From Candidatus Poribacteria bacterium (GTDB lineage Bacteria > Poribacteria > WGA-4E > PCPOR2b): DNA of 64,000 nucleotides. Positions 30,972-41,980 of this stretch are shown here, piece by piece. A model generated the notes under the pieces. That model saw nothing but the letters and a program-made list of their open reading frames with translations. It did no database searches and was not told where the DNA came from. The position numbers were made by a program, and so were the translations under genes. The stretch lies in the NCBI GenBank assembly GCA_965208325.1, contig OZ242326.1, positions 2,912,001 to 2,976,000 of the forward strand. The letters run 5' to 3'. Every line of letters begins with the position of its first letter. Positions within the stretch are counted from its first letter, which is position 1.

Positions 30972-33134
30972 ATGACCGATCTCCTTGAATCCCTGAATTC
31001 AGTTCAACGCAAAGCGGTCCAACATACCGAAGGTCCTCTGCTGCTATTGTCAGGCGCAGGCAGCGGCAAAACCCGAGTGATTACCCACCGAATTGCCTAC
31101 CTCATCCGTCAACGCAAAATTTCACCGTTTAATATTCTTGCCGTAACCTTCACCAATAAAGCTGCCGCAGAGATGAAAGCGCGTCTTGAGAATCTAATTG
31201 GCCCCGACAGTCAATCCGTGTGGGCAGCGACCTTCCATTCAACCTGTGCACGGATTCTCCGCAAGGACATTGAACGGCTCGGCTATTCCCGCTACTTCAC
31301 GATTTACGATACCGTTGATCAGCTTACGCTGGTTAAAGATATACTCAAGCAACTCCAACTCCGTGAGAGCGATGTTCATCCAAGGGCTGCCCTCAGCGCC
31401 ATAAGCAACGCCAAGAACGAACTCACTACCTCTGAAATGTACGCAACGGCAGTCAGCGATTACATTGAAGAACGCATCGCACAGATTTACCGCATGTACC
31501 AAGACCGGCTTCGAGAAAACAACGCCCTCGATTTTGACGACCTTATCATGCTAACCGTCGTGCTGTTTGAATCGCACTCGGACGTCCTAGAGTACTATCA
31601 GAGCAAATTTCGATATATCCTCATTGATGAGTATCAGGACACAAACCACAGCCAGTATCGACTGATGCATGCGTTGGCGAAAAAGCATCACAACATCTGC
31701 GCCGTAGGCGACGACGATCAGTCGATATACTCGTGGAGAGGCGCTGACATCAACAACATCCTCGACTTCGAGCGGGACTATCCGAATGCCGCCGTTCTCC
31801 GCTTAGAGCAAAACTACCGTTCCACACAAAATATTCTCGAAGCCGCCTATGAAGTTGTCCGGAACAATCAGATGCGAACCGAGAAAAAACTCTGGACGCA
31901 GAACAAGATGGGCGAGTGCATCCGCTGCTTTCAGGCACAGGACGAGAACGAGGAGGCGGACGTAGTGCTGCGGGAGATTGAGCGCTGGCGGGAGAAAGGC
32001 GTGAAATACGGAGAATGCGTAATCTTCTATCGAATCAATGCACAGTCCCGCACATTTGAGGATGTTCTCAGAAAAGCCAATATCCCGTATCAGATTGTGG
32101 GCAGCGTCCGATTCTATGAGCGGATGGAAATTAAAGACATAATGGCGTACCTGCGAGTCATTGTCAACCCGGCAGACGCAATTAGTCTCAGGCGTATCAT
32201 CAATGTCCCGCGTCGAGGAATTGGCGACACGACGCTGCAGCGACTAGAGATTTTCGCTAGCGAGGCAAACATCTCCCTGTTCGAGGCTATCAAACGAGTC
32301 GGAGAGGTTGACAGGCTTCGTCATGCGGAACGGGACAGAGTCCGAAAATTCGCTAAACTCATCGACTCCTTTGATGCAGACGATGCACCGGCAAACACAA
32401 TAGAGCAACTACTCGAACGCTCCGGTTACCTTAAATCTCTGACGCAAGAAGGCACTATTGAAGCGCAAGGCCGCGTCGAGAATGTCCATGAGTTTATCAC
32501 TGCCGCCATTGAATATGAGACGCGTGACGCCGAACCGTCGTTAGCCGGATTTTTGGAGATGATTACGCTAGTCGCTGACATCGACACGATGGATGACAAA
32601 AGTGACGTGGTCACGCTCATGACGCTGCATAGCGCAAAAGGGTTGGAATTTCCGATTGTGTTCATGGCTGGGATGGAAGAAGGATTATTGCCGCATCAGC
32701 GTTCATTCTCCAGCGAAGCCGAACTTGAGGAGGAACGGCGGCTCTGTTACGTCGGCATCACACGCGCAAAAGAGCAGGTCTACATGATCCATGCCCGCGA
32801 GCGGCGGCAATACGGCTACACCGACTATCGGATGCCTTCGCGTTTCATTGAAGAAATTCCCCATGAATTGCTGGATCGCGAAGATGTCTTTCAACCGCCG
32901 CACCGTCCGGTCGTTTCATCCTACGACCCCGATACGCCCGACGCTGATGATGGCTTCTCATTCGATTACGACGTTGGTGAGGTTGTCTACCACACAAAAT
33001 TCGGAAAAGGCAAAATCACCGCCATGAGCGGATATGGACCTGATATGCGCCTTACTATACGGTTCACACGCGGAATCGAAAAAACACTAATGGCAGGCTA
33101 CGCAAAGCTGCAAAGGGCAGGAAGTGATTATTGA
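30972..33134 (+). CDS. pcrA: ATP-dependent DNA helicase PcrA/UvrD
   Basis: GAGSGKT, DEYQD, LEQNYRST, HSAKGLEF, EERRLCYVGITRA, C-terminal Tudor-like domain. Confidence 0.95.
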   Translation: MTDLLESLNSVQRKAVQHTEGPLLLLSGAGSGKTRVITHRIAYLIRQRKISPFNILAVTFTNKAAAEMKARLENLIGPDSQSVWAATFHSTCARILRKDIERLGYSRYFTIYDTVDQLTLVKDILKQLQLRESDVHPRAALSAISNAKNELTTSEMYATAVSDYIEERIAQIYRMYQDRLRENNALDFDDLIMLTVVLFESHSDVLEYYQSKFRYILIDEYQDTNHSQYRLMHALAKKHHNICAVGDDDQSIYSWRGADINNILDFERDYPNAAVLRLEQNYRSTQNILEAAYEVVRNNQMRTEKKLWTQNKMGECIRCFQAQDENEEADVVLREIERWREKGVKYGECVIFYRINAQSRTFEDVLRKANIPYQIVGSVRFYERMEIKDIMAYLRVIVNPADAISLRRIINVPRRGIGDTTLQRLEIFASEANISLFEAIKRVGEVDRLRHAERDRVRKFAKLIDSFDADDAPANTIEQLLERSGYLKSLTQEGTIEAQGRVENVHEFITAAIEYETRDAEPSLAGFLEMITLVADIDTMDDKSDVVTLMTLHSAKGLEFPIVFMAGMEEGLLPHQRSFSSEAELEEERRLCYVGITRAKEQVYMIHARERRQYGYTDYRMPSRFIEEIPHELLDREDVFQPPHRPVVSSYDPDTPDADDGFSFDYDVGEVVYHTKFGKGKITAMSGYGPDMRLTIRFTRGIEKTLMAGYAKLQRAGSDY

Positions 33135-33150
33135 AACCGACTTTCTTCCT

Positions 33151-33183
33151 GAACCCGAGTTTTTTATTCAAAACTCGGGTTCT
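33151..33183. terminator. strong hairpin after pcrA
   Basis: GAACCCGAGTTTT..AAAACTCGGGTTC. Confidence 0.5.
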
Positions 33184-33248
33184 TCAACCATTTACAACAG
33201 TTGAAATTTTATCGTAACGTAGAAACGCGAAAGGTTAGGAATACCCAG

Positions 33249-33539
33249 ATGGCAACCATCACAACAGAAGAAGTGAAACACGTTGCGGCCCTTGCACGGC
33301 TTGAATTCAACGAAGAAGATATTCAGCAGTTCGCCCATCAACTCGCCCGCATTATAGACTATATCGGAAAATTGAATGAATTGGATACGGCCGACGTACC
33401 GCCGACTTCGCATGTCCTTCCTATCCGCAATATCGTCAAAGCGGATGCCGCTAAGCCATCCAATCCCCGAGAAGATTTTTTGGAAGGCGCCCCGAGCGCC
33501 CAGGAAGGATATTTTGAGGTGCCGAAAGTCATTGAGTAA
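33249..33539 (+). CDS. gatC: Asp/Glu-tRNA amidotransferase subunit C
   Basis: ITTEEVKHVAALARL..YFEVPKVIE. Confidence 0.95.
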   Translation: MATITTEEVKHVAALARLEFNEEDIQQFAHQLARIIDYIGKLNELDTADVPPTSHVLPIRNIVKADAAKPSNPREDFLEGAPSAQEGYFEVPKVIE

Positions 33540-33601
33540 ACAGTGAGGGATTTGCGATTTTACGTAAACGAAGAAAACGCAAAGGAATTGAATCTTTGAA
33601 A

Positions 33602-33751
33602 ATGCGGGTGCTCGAACATCAAAAGAAAATCGCCGATGAAAAAGAGAAACCGATTCCTAACAATAACCGAATCAAACATTGGGAAATAGAATTGCGTGCA
33701 TTTGAGAATGGTATACTCAAACGAGAACAACAACTGAAGCGCAGGAGGTGA
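33602..33751 (+). CDS. small basic helical protein (not in the ORF track; open frame extends upstream to ~33542)
   Basis: MRVLEHQKKIADEKEKPIPNNNRIKHWEIELRAFENGILKREQQLKRRR; its 3' end supplies the AGGAGG RBS of the next gene. Confidence 0.55.
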   Translation: MRVLEHQKKIADEKEKPIPNNNRIKHWEIELRAFENGILKREQQLKRRR

Positions 33752-33758
33752 CTATACT

Positions 33759-34067
33759 ATGGCTTCAATAAAATCAACTGCTGACATTCCTTTAGACGAG
33801 ATTGACCGCTTGGACATTCTTCTAAAAAAATACATTCCGACGCTTAAAGCGAAGAAACGCGCGATGATTGCCCTTCACTTGAGCGACATTGCCGGAGAAA
33901 TACCACAGTTTGAAAAGTGTTATACAGCGCTTGTGCAAAGTGAAGAAATCTCTGAGGATAATCTGGTTGACTGTATTGAGGAGCTGGAAATTTCCGTCAT
34001 CCACATGCTTAATCACATGAAAGGCCTGAAGCCGCTGCTCAAGCAAGCCGTCAATGTGCTGCCATGA
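33759..34067 (+). CDS. hypothetical helical protein
   Basis: 102 aa, strong RBS, between gatC and gatA. Confidence 0.7.
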   Translation: MASIKSTADIPLDEIDRLDILLKKYIPTLKAKKRAMIALHLSDIAGEIPQFEKCYTALVQSEEISEDNLVDCIEELEISVIHMLNHMKGLKPLLKQAVNVLP

Positions 34068-34092
34068 TTTTCCACAAAGGAGTACACGTTTC

Positions 34093-35553
34093 ATGCCGTT
34101 ACACGAACTGACAGCCCACGAACTTCACCAAAAATTAAAAGCGCGCGAAATCACTTCGGTTGAACTTACGCAATCCGTTTACGACCGGATCGGCGCCGTC
34201 GAACAACGGGTACAAGGGTACATCACATTAACGAAGGACATCGCTTTCGAGCAAGCCGAAGCTGCGGACGCGGGCTTCCAGCGCGGGGATGAAATGCAGC
34301 CCCTCGCAGGAATTCCAATCGCTGTCAAGGACGTAATCTGTACCAAAGACGTGTTGACAACCTGCGGCTCCAAGATTCTGCACAACTTCATTTCGCCCTA
34401 CGACGCCACCGTTATGACTAAAATTCGTCATCAAGGGTTTGTGATGATCGGCAAGACGAACATGGACGAATTTGCGATGGGGTCATCAACAGAGAATTCA
34501 GCGTTTAAGATTACTCGCAATCCCTGGAATCTGGATACCATTCCCGGCGGTTCAAGCGGCGGTTCAGCAGCCGTGGTCGCCGCAGACGCGGCAATCTGCG
34601 CCCTCGGATCGGACACTGGCGGATCAATTCGACAACCCGCCGCGCTGTGCGGTGTCGTTGGAATGAAGCCCACTTACGGGCGTGTGTCACGGTATGGGCT
34701 TGTGGCGTTTGCGTCGTCTTTAGATCAGATTGGCCCCTTCTCCAAAGATGTGACCGATTGCGCTTTGATGCTTAACGCCATCTGTGGGCACGACCCCATG
34801 GATTCTACCTCCGTGAATCGTCCCGACACAGACTTCACCCAGAGCCTAGTCAACGGCATCAGTGGAATCAAAATCGGCATCCCAAAGGAATATTTCATTG
34901 AAGGGTTAGATGCAGATGTGGAAGCGAGTGTTCGGGACGCAATTGAAGTGCTTCGCGGGTGCGGTGCAATCATCGAAGAGATTTCCTTACCCCACACCGA
35001 ATATGCCATCGCAACATATTACATCATCGCTCCTGCTGAAGCCAGTGCCAATCTAGCGCGGTACGACGGCGTTCGGTTCGGCTTCCGTGCCAGTAACGCC
35101 GAAAACCTCATTGACATGTACAGAAAGACGCGGAGCCAAGGCTTCGGAGAAGAAGTTAAACGCCGAATCATGCTCGGCACTTACGCGCTCAGTTCGGGAT
35201 ACTACGATGCTTACTACCTAAAAGCACAAAAAGTACGGACACTGATTAAGTCCGATTTTGATAGCGCATTTGAAAAAGTTGATGTCATCGTGGCGCCGAC
35301 TTCACCAACACCGGCATTTAAGGTTGGTGAGCGGACAGACGATCCGTTACAGATGTACCTTTCGGACATTTTGACTACGCCGGCAAGTCTCGCGGGTATA
35401 CCCGCAATCTCCATGCCGTGCGGTTTGACGCATAGCGGGTTGCCTGTTGGGTTGCAAATTATCGCCCCGGCGTTTGGGGAGAATAAAATTCTGCGAGTGG
35501 CGTACACTTATGAACAACACACCGGACGCCATCAAAAAAAGCCGAACTTGTGA
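34093..35553 (+). CDS. gatA: Asp/Glu-tRNA amidotransferase subunit A
   Basis: amidase signature [32 protein letters not shown]. Confidence 0.97.
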   Translation: MPLHELTAHELHQKLKAREITSVELTQSVYDRIGAVEQRVQGYITLTKDIAFEQAEAADAGFQRGDEMQPLAGIPIAVKDVICTKDVLTTCGSKILHNFISPYDATVMTKIRHQGFVMIGKTNMDEFAMGSSTENSAFKITRNPWNLDTIPGGSSGGSAAVVAADAAICALGSDTGGSIRQPAALCGVVGMKPTYGRVSRYGLVAFASSLDQIGPFSKDVTDCALMLNAICGHDPMDSTSVNRPDTDFTQSLVNGISGIKIGIPKEYFIEGLDADVEASVRDAIEVLRGCGAIIEEISLPHTEYAIATYYIIAPAEASANLARYDGVRFGFRASNAENLIDMYRKTRSQGFGEEVKRRIMLGTYALSSGYYDAYYLKAQKVRTLIKSDFDSAFEKVDVIVAPTSPTPAFKVGERTDDPLQMYLSDILTTPASLAGIPAISMPCGLTHSGLPVGLQIIAPAFGENKILRVAYTYEQHTGRHQKKPNL

Positions 35554-35619
35554 GTCGCAGCGGATACTAAACTGTAGGTGCAATCTCCAAATCGCGAAAT
35601 CTTTAATGATAGGAGCAAT

Positions 35620-36129
35620 ATGAGCAATTCAAAACCGGCTAACCTTGTCTTTGTCCCGACAGGCGGACTAATCGGCGCCGTTGCCGGGGGAATGCTTTGG
35701 GCAAAGTATGTCCAATGGACAGGCTACACAGCAGGCTGGGTCGCATTCGCCATCGGCGTCTTCACTGGACTCGGCGTACTGTTGACAGGCAGATCTCGGG
35801 CGGTAAGTGTCTGCACAATCGCCTCGCTGTTTGCCGTCCTTGGCATCATTTTCGGTAAATACCTTGATGTCCGTTGGAACGCTCTCGAACGGATTAAAAC
35901 TCAACTCATGGACACGCAGGGAATCTCCGCTAATCAAGCTGAACCCATAGCGCAGACCATTTTCGCGGGGCATTCTACGTGGGAACTCATGCGGGACCAG
36001 ATGCAGTGGATAGATTTAATCTTTTACGCCATTGCTGCCTTCATCGCGATTTATGTCGTTCGCAGCCGAGTCCTCCACCGAATTGTCTTCAAATCTAAAC
36101 AATCAAACATAATAAATCAAGACTCATAA
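35620..36129 (+). CDS. hypothetical membrane protein
   Basis: AGGAG RBS, about 4 hydrophobic segments. Confidence 0.7.
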   Translation: MSNSKPANLVFVPTGGLIGAVAGGMLWAKYVQWTGYTAGWVAFAIGVFTGLGVLLTGRSRAVSVCTIASLFAVLGIIFGKYLDVRWNALERIKTQLMDTQGISANQAEPIAQTIFAGHSTWELMRDQMQWIDLIFYAIAAFIAIYVVRSRVLHRIVFKSKQSNIINQDS

Positions 36130-36169
36130 CTTGAAACAAACTAACTGAATTCAATCAAAACCGCAATAG

Positions 36170-37627
36170 GTGAATATTATGAAAGCAAATCGACCCGTTA
36201 TAACAAGTTGGTTCGGTGGTGTTATGATTTTGGGGTGCATGTTATCCTTTATCCCCATAATGGTTATCGCTCAGGATGAAGAGCCGGCTTCCAGCAATCC
36301 GCTCGACGATGAACTTATGGAACAAATTCATCTTTTTTCTGAAATACTCGCCCGCACACAACAAGATCACCGAGACAATCCTGAAGCCAAGCAACTCATT
36401 TACGGTGCGATTCGTGGAATGCTGCGAACGTTAGACCCCTACAGCCAGTTCTTCGAACCAGAAAATTTCGCTGAATTGCGCGAGGAAAACCGCGGAACTT
36501 ATGGCGGCCTCGGCATGGCAATCGGCATTCGAGACAATCGGTTGACGGTCATCACCCCCTTCAAAAACACGCCTGCCGGTCAGGCAGGCATTCAAAGCGG
36601 CGACGTCATTGATGAAATCGAGGAAAAAGAGACAGCGAATATGACGCTCGAAGAGGCTGTTAAACTCCTTCGGGGCGAGCCGGGGACGCAAGTAAAGGTC
36701 ACAATTATCCGCGAGGGAGAACTTGAAAAGCTGGAAGTAACCATGACGCGGGATGTCATTCGTTTTCCCAACGTCGAATCCAAAACGCTCAAGGGGAATA
36801 TCGGATACATCCGAATTAACCAATTTCGCCAAACAACAGCCGCAGATGTCGATGATGTCTTTAAAACCTTCAACCAGCAAGATATTCGTGGAATTATTTT
36901 GGATTTAAGATCGAATCCCGGTGGAATCCTTCAGTCTGCCGTTGAAATTGCGAGTTACTTTTTGGAGCCGGAACAGTTGATTGTCTATACGCAAGGGAAA
37001 CAGCCGAGGCAAAACTTCGTCGCCATCGAAGCCAAGCTGCAAAAACACTATCCGCTAGTGGTGCTTGTGAACTATGGAAGTGCAAGCGGATCAGAGATTG
37101 TGGCGGCAGCCATCAAAGATCACGGCCGCGGCTTAGTCATGGGCCAAAAAACCTACGGAAAAGCTTCGGTGCAGCAAATCTTTCCGCTCAGCGGCGGCGC
37201 CGCAGTCAAGCTAACAACAGCCCACTACTACAGCCCTAGTGGTGTTGACATCCATGATGAAGGTATCTCTCCGAACATTGAGCTGCCGTGGTTCAATAGG
37301 TCAGAAGCCAGGATGTTAGAAAAACTCCGCACTAACGAGAAAATCAAGGCATTCATTGAGGAAAATGGCGATGACATCCTAAATCAGTTAGAAAAAGCGC
37401 GTGCGGCGCCCAGAAACGATGCTGAAGCAAAAGCGCTTCTTAAAAAATTCCGGCAGCTTGTAGATTCCCTCGCAAATGATCAAATTATCTTGAGCGATGC
37501 AGGCATAGAGCTGGCAATTGCGCGTCAGACCGAGAATGATCTCGATCAGTACGAATTCGATCCCCAGATTTCTTTAGCTATCCAGCAGTTACAAGCCGGT
37601 GCACTTCTCCAAACAATGTACGAGTAA
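36170..37627 (+). CDS. ctpA: S41 family C-terminal processing peptidase
   Basis: LDPYS, PDZ GGLG, LDLRSNPGG, SASGSEIV, TYGKASVQ. Confidence 0.92.
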   Translation: MNIMKANRPVITSWFGGVMILGCMLSFIPIMVIAQDEEPASSNPLDDELMEQIHLFSEILARTQQDHRDNPEAKQLIYGAIRGMLRTLDPYSQFFEPENFAELREENRGTYGGLGMAIGIRDNRLTVITPFKNTPAGQAGIQSGDVIDEIEEKETANMTLEEAVKLLRGEPGTQVKVTIIREGELEKLEVTMTRDVIRFPNVESKTLKGNIGYIRINQFRQTTAADVDDVFKTFNQQDIRGIILDLRSNPGGILQSAVEIASYFLEPEQLIVYTQGKQPRQNFVAIEAKLQKHYPLVVLVNYGSASGSEIVAAAIKDHGRGLVMGQKTYGKASVQQIFPLSGGAAVKLTTAHYYSPSGVDIHDEGISPNIELPWFNRSEARMLEKLRTNEKIKAFIEENGDDILNQLEKARAAPRNDAEAKALLKKFRQLVDSLANDQIILSDAGIELAIARQTENDLDQYEFDPQISLAIQQLQAGALLQTMYE

Positions 37628-37687
37628 AATCAACTGGCCCCATAATGCGTACGATTAGCCGCTAAATCACAGTTCAGACAACAGATT

Positions 37688-38467
37688 ATGATTACCAAAC
37701 GCATTATCCCCTGCCTTGATGTCCGTGCTGGAAAAGTGACAAAAGGAATCGCCTTTCGTGGAAACGTTGACATCGGCGATCCCGTCGAAATGGCGCGTTT
37801 CTATTATGAGTGCGGTGCGGACGAGCTTGTCTTCTACGACATTACCGCTAGCAACGAAAGACGTGATATCATGATCGATGTTGTATCGGCGGTAGCGCTG
37901 GAAATCTTCATCCCATTCTCCGTCGGCGGCGGGCTTCGTACTTTGGAGGATATGCGCCGTGTACTGCTCGCAGGCGCTGAAAAAGTCAGTATAGACTCTG
38001 GCGCCGTCAGAAACCCGGGTCTAATCGCAGAGGGCGCGAAGGCGTTTGGTAGCCAGTGTGTCGTCCTAAGTATGCAGGTGAAGAACGTGCCAAAAAGCCA
38101 TTCTATCCCGAGCGGTTACGAGGTCTATATTGATGGAGGGCGCCGTGCTACTGGTTTGGATGCACGGCAGTGGACGCAGCGCGGCGTCGAATTGGGAGCA
38201 GGCGAGGTTGTGGTTAACAGTATAGATCAAGACGGAACTAAAGCCGGATACGAACTCAAGCTAACACAGCTAATCGCGGATGCGGTGCCTGTGCCCGTGG
38301 TTGCATCGGGCGGCGCCGGAAACCCGGGTCATCTTCGCGACGTGTTCGTCGAAAGCCGTGCCGACGCCGCCATTGTTGCCTCCATCACCCACTATGGCGA
38401 ATTTTCGATTGAAAACATCAAACGGCACCTCAAAGCGCAACACGTGCCGGTTCGGAATACATGGTAG
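37688..38467 (+). CDS. hisF: imidazole glycerol phosphate synthase cyclase subunit
   Basis: [34 protein letters not shown]. Confidence 0.97.
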   Translation: MITKRIIPCLDVRAGKVTKGIAFRGNVDIGDPVEMARFYYECGADELVFYDITASNERRDIMIDVVSAVALEIFIPFSVGGGLRTLEDMRRVLLAGAEKVSIDSGAVRNPGLIAEGAKAFGSQCVVLSMQVKNVPKSHSIPSGYEVYIDGGRRATGLDARQWTQRGVELGAGEVVVNSIDQDGTKAGYELKLTQLIADAVPVPVVASGGAGNPGHLRDVFVESRADAAIVASITHYGEFSIENIKRHLKAQHVPVRNTW

Positions 38468-38491
38468 CCGGTCAACGCTAGTTTGGATAGA

Positions 38492-38520
38492 TTGACAACG
38501 GTTATTTCCCCTGTTAAAAT
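38492..38520 (+). promoter_or_regulatory. sigma70 promoter
   Basis: TTGACA-17nt-TAAAAT. Confidence 0.6.
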
Positions 38521-38630
38521 CGGCATAGGAAGCATGCGGTTGCCTCAACCTTTACACATACGAACTTACAAGATGACCGATATGCACTTAGAGTCTAGCA
38601 TTGATGAACTTTACCAGGAGGTTACGAGTC

Positions 38631-39641
38631 ATGGAAATCCGGAAATCGTTCGCATGTGCAGTATGCGTCAGTCTTATTCTCTTGGCGGCTATCGCGGTGC
38701 CGAGAAATGCCGCGGCGCAGGCACCCGATAATCCAACCATTGCGTTTACTGCCAACGCCGAAGGCGGCAATATCTGGCTGATGGATCCCGATGGGAAGAA
38801 TCAGCGCCCAATTCTCGCGATCAAGGGAAACCCCGTACCCTTGGGTTTAGTGTGGTCACCGGACGGCAACAAGCTCGCCTTCCATACCGAAATCAGGAAG
38901 AACATTGATGTTTATCTCGTTGATGCTAACGGCGAGAATCTCCGCCAACTCACGAACCATGAGGCAGAAGATAGTTGGCCAAACTGGCACCCCGGCGGTC
39001 AAAAGATAGCGTTTGCCACCAATCGAGACGGAAACTTTGAAATCTACGAGATGACTTCAAGAGGAGAAGTTCTGCAAAACATCACAAACGACGCTGTCTA
39101 CGACAGTTATCCCGCATGGTCGCGCGACGGGCGGAAGATTGCCTTCTCCTCCATCCGAGGGAAAACGCTCGGAGACATCTGGGTGATGGATGCAAGCGGC
39201 GAAAATCCCAAAAATCTCACCAATCATCGTGCAGAGGATTTCCGACCCAGATGGTCGCCGGATAGTCAGAAGATAGCATGGCTTTCCCGCCGCACCGGTA
39301 GAGGCCATGTTTATGTGATGGACGCCGATGGCGAGAATTTTCTACAAATCGTAAAACCGCCTAGCTCAGAAAAGCGCGATCCCGAATGGTCTCCGGATGG
39401 TAAAAAAATTGCCTGCGTTCACTTCGCAGGAAATATTGCAAGTATCCGAATTTTTGAGTCGGATGTGAAGGAACAAGACGCAGAGTTCGTCGAAATTCTT
39501 CCGGCTATAGGCTTCCCGAACCGGGCGCCGGCGTGGTTCGATCCCGACTTTGTCAAGCCTTTCTCCGTTTCCCCCGTTGAGAAACGAATTCTGGCTTGGG
39601 GCTGGCTCAAGCAGGCGGGAGACATGTTTTCCGGTAGATAG
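38631..39641 (+). CDS. TolB-like PD40 beta-propeller exported protein
   Basis: repeated P.WSPDG.KIAF motifs; signal peptide; C-terminal SVSPVEKRILAWGWLKQ tail. Confidence 0.88.
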   Translation: MEIRKSFACAVCVSLILLAAIAVPRNAAAQAPDNPTIAFTANAEGGNIWLMDPDGKNQRPILAIKGNPVPLGLVWSPDGNKLAFHTEIRKNIDVYLVDANGENLRQLTNHEAEDSWPNWHPGGQKIAFATNRDGNFEIYEMTSRGEVLQNITNDAVYDSYPAWSRDGRKIAFSSIRGKTLGDIWVMDASGENPKNLTNHRAEDFRPRWSPDSQKIAWLSRRTGRGHVYVMDADGENFLQIVKPPSSEKRDPEWSPDGKKIACVHFAGNIASIRIFESDVKEQDAEFVEILPAIGFPNRAPAWFDPDFVKPFSVSPVEKRILAWGWLKQAGDMFSGR

Positions 39642-39905
39642 CGTCGGAAAATCAGAAGCTACGGGATTGACATACGCTGCACCTCGTTGAATTGAGATAT
39701 CCCAATCCTTGGATTGTTTTTTTTCGGTCAACAGACTAAGACTTCAAGCCTTTTCTTCGCCGCGGATGTAATTATTGAAGTGCTTGTACCAACTGCCTCT
39801 ATCCCACCAAGCCGCGAAGTTGACGATTGCCGATTGGTCTAAAAACGTCAATCCAAAATCCAAAACTGAGCAGTGCGCATGCCCCAATCCCGTGCCGGGT
39901 GATTT

Positions 39906-41828
39906 GTGAATCAAGCCTCCACCATCAAAAACAGCGTGGCAAGCGGTGTTTCCCTCAAAGCGGTGTCGATTGGCCTTTTGGTGATGGCAATCAACGCCTA
40001 TTGGATTTCGGTCAACGACCTCGTCATAGGGCCGGCGCACAACTATATGTCGCTGTTCAGTAACGCCGTTTTTAGCCTCTTTGTGCTGATTCTCGCCAAT
40101 CTCCTCCTGAAAAAACTCTCGCCGAGATTCGCTTTCACTGCCTCCGACCTATTGGTCATCTATATCATGGTTGTCATGGTAACCACCGTGTCCGGACACC
40201 GAATGACCCGGCTGCTAGGAATTCTCGTCCACCCCTTCTGGTTCGCCACACCCGAGAATGATTGGCGGAATCTTTTCTGGAGTCATATTCCCGAATGGTT
40301 CACGGTCGGTGACAAAACCGCCCTGTCCGGCTTTTTTCTCGGCGAGTCCTCATTCTTCACACGGCAGCACATCGCCGCTTGGCTTGGGCCAATGTTTTAT
40401 TGGTCGGCTTTCATTTTTGTCGTCTACTTCGTTCTCATCTGCGTAAATACCATAGTCCAAAAACAGTTTACGGAGCATGAAAGACTCACCTATCCGATTA
40501 CTTGGCTGCCGCTGGAGATGGGGCGAGATACGTCCACTTTCCTAAAGAATAAATTAATGTGGATGGGCTTTGGCATTGCAGCCGGTATTAGTCTTCTTAA
40601 TGGTCTGCACACCTTTTACCCGTTCGTTCCGCCTATCCCCGTAGGGTGGCAGCCGCTAGCCTTCGAGGATAAACCTTGGATTTACATGGGCAGAACACTG
40701 GTATCCTTCCAACCGTTCGTCATCGGACTCGCCTTTTTCATGCCGCTAGACCTCGCCTTTTCCGCATGGTTCTTCTACATCCTAAAAAAAATGACCCAAA
40801 TCTTGATGGGGATTTCAGGATGGCACACGCTTTACTTCGACGAACAAGCACAAGGGGCGTGGGTCGGATTGGGCATCTTGGCGCTCTGGATCGGCCGCAG
40901 ACACCTCAAGTGGGTGTTTACGCAAGCCGTCACGGGCAAGCCGGCGACTGACGGCCCGAGTTCACCGATGCCGTATCGAACCGCTTGTTGGGGCATCATA
41001 GCAGGATTACTCGTTCTAATCTGGTTTGCGTATAAAGCCGGCCTTTCACTTTGGGTGCTTCTGCTTTTTTGGGGAATTTATGGTTGCGGCGCCATTGGCG
41101 TTACGAAAATCAGGAGCGGATTGGGCTTACCCGTTCATGAAATGCTCTGGATTGATCCCGCCCGGACGATGGTGACAGCAATGGGAACTCGCGTATTCGC
41201 CCCGCGAAATTTGACAGTTCTCTCCTTCTTCTATTGGTTGAATCGTGAACAGGTTGCCCATCCAATGCCCAATCAACTTGAAGCGTTTCGAATCGGCGAA
41301 CAGTCCAATATTGATAATCGTAAGTTGTTGCGGGTTATAATTCTAACCCTTGCTGTTGGGATACCGGTGACCTTTGTGATATACCTCAGCTATCTGTATA
41401 AACTCGGCGCAGTCAGCTCAGGGTCGTACATCGTGGGGATAGGGAGGGAAAGCTTTACTTGGCGGCTTCAACCGTGGTTAAGTCTTCCAACGACACATGA
41501 CTATTTTACGATGAGCGCCATGGGGCTCGGTTTTGGTATCACCGGTTTTCTGTTAGCTATGAAGATGCGGTTTCTCTGGTGGCCTTTTCATCCGGTCGGC
41601 TACGTATTGGGGGTAAGTCCGGGCGAGATGGTCTACGTTTGGGTGCCTGTTCTTGTCAGTTGGGCGCTCAAGTTCACCATCCTCCGCTACGGCGGGTTGA
41701 AAGCCTATCGCAGCGCCATCCCGTTTTTTGCCGGCTTGATACTGGGAGACTACTCCATGGGCTGCATTTGGAGCATTATCAGCGCGGTATTCAAAATAAA
41801 CACGTACAACATGGCATGGCACGGCTAA
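39906..41828 (+). CDS. multi-pass membrane protein, DUF6785/DUF6784-like
   Basis: FWFATPENDW, EHERLTYPI, HPMPNQLEAF, WWPFHPVGY. Confidence 0.75.
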   Translation: MNQASTIKNSVASGVSLKAVSIGLLVMAINAYWISVNDLVIGPAHNYMSLFSNAVFSLFVLILANLLLKKLSPRFAFTASDLLVIYIMVVMVTTVSGHRMTRLLGILVHPFWFATPENDWRNLFWSHIPEWFTVGDKTALSGFFLGESSFFTRQHIAAWLGPMFYWSAFIFVVYFVLICVNTIVQKQFTEHERLTYPITWLPLEMGRDTSTFLKNKLMWMGFGIAAGISLLNGLHTFYPFVPPIPVGWQPLAFEDKPWIYMGRTLVSFQPFVIGLAFFMPLDLAFSAWFFYILKKMTQILMGISGWHTLYFDEQAQGAWVGLGILALWIGRRHLKWVFTQAVTGKPATDGPSSPMPYRTACWGIIAGLLVLIWFAYKAGLSLWVLLLFWGIYGCGAIGVTKIRSGLGLPVHEMLWIDPARTMVTAMGTRVFAPRNLTVLSFFYWLNREQVAHPMPNQLEAFRIGEQSNIDNRKLLRVIILTLAVGIPVTFVIYLSYLYKLGAVSSGSYIVGIGRESFTWRLQPWLSLPTTHDYFTMSAMGLGFGITGFLLAMKMRFLWWPFHPVGYVLGVSPGEMVYVWVPVLVSWALKFTILRYGGLKAYRSAIPFFAGLILGDYSMGCIWSIISAVFKINTYNMAWHG

Positions 41829-41980
41829 TAAGCCAGGCATGCACCGGCGTGCGGTGGGCAGCTAGATTACGCAGCAATAGCGGTAAAACGGTGCGTCATT
41901 AAGAAGAGTTTCGGGACGGGAAACACGACTCACCGGCTCAAGAACTAAGCTAGCCGGATTAAACCTTTACTTGCCCGTGC

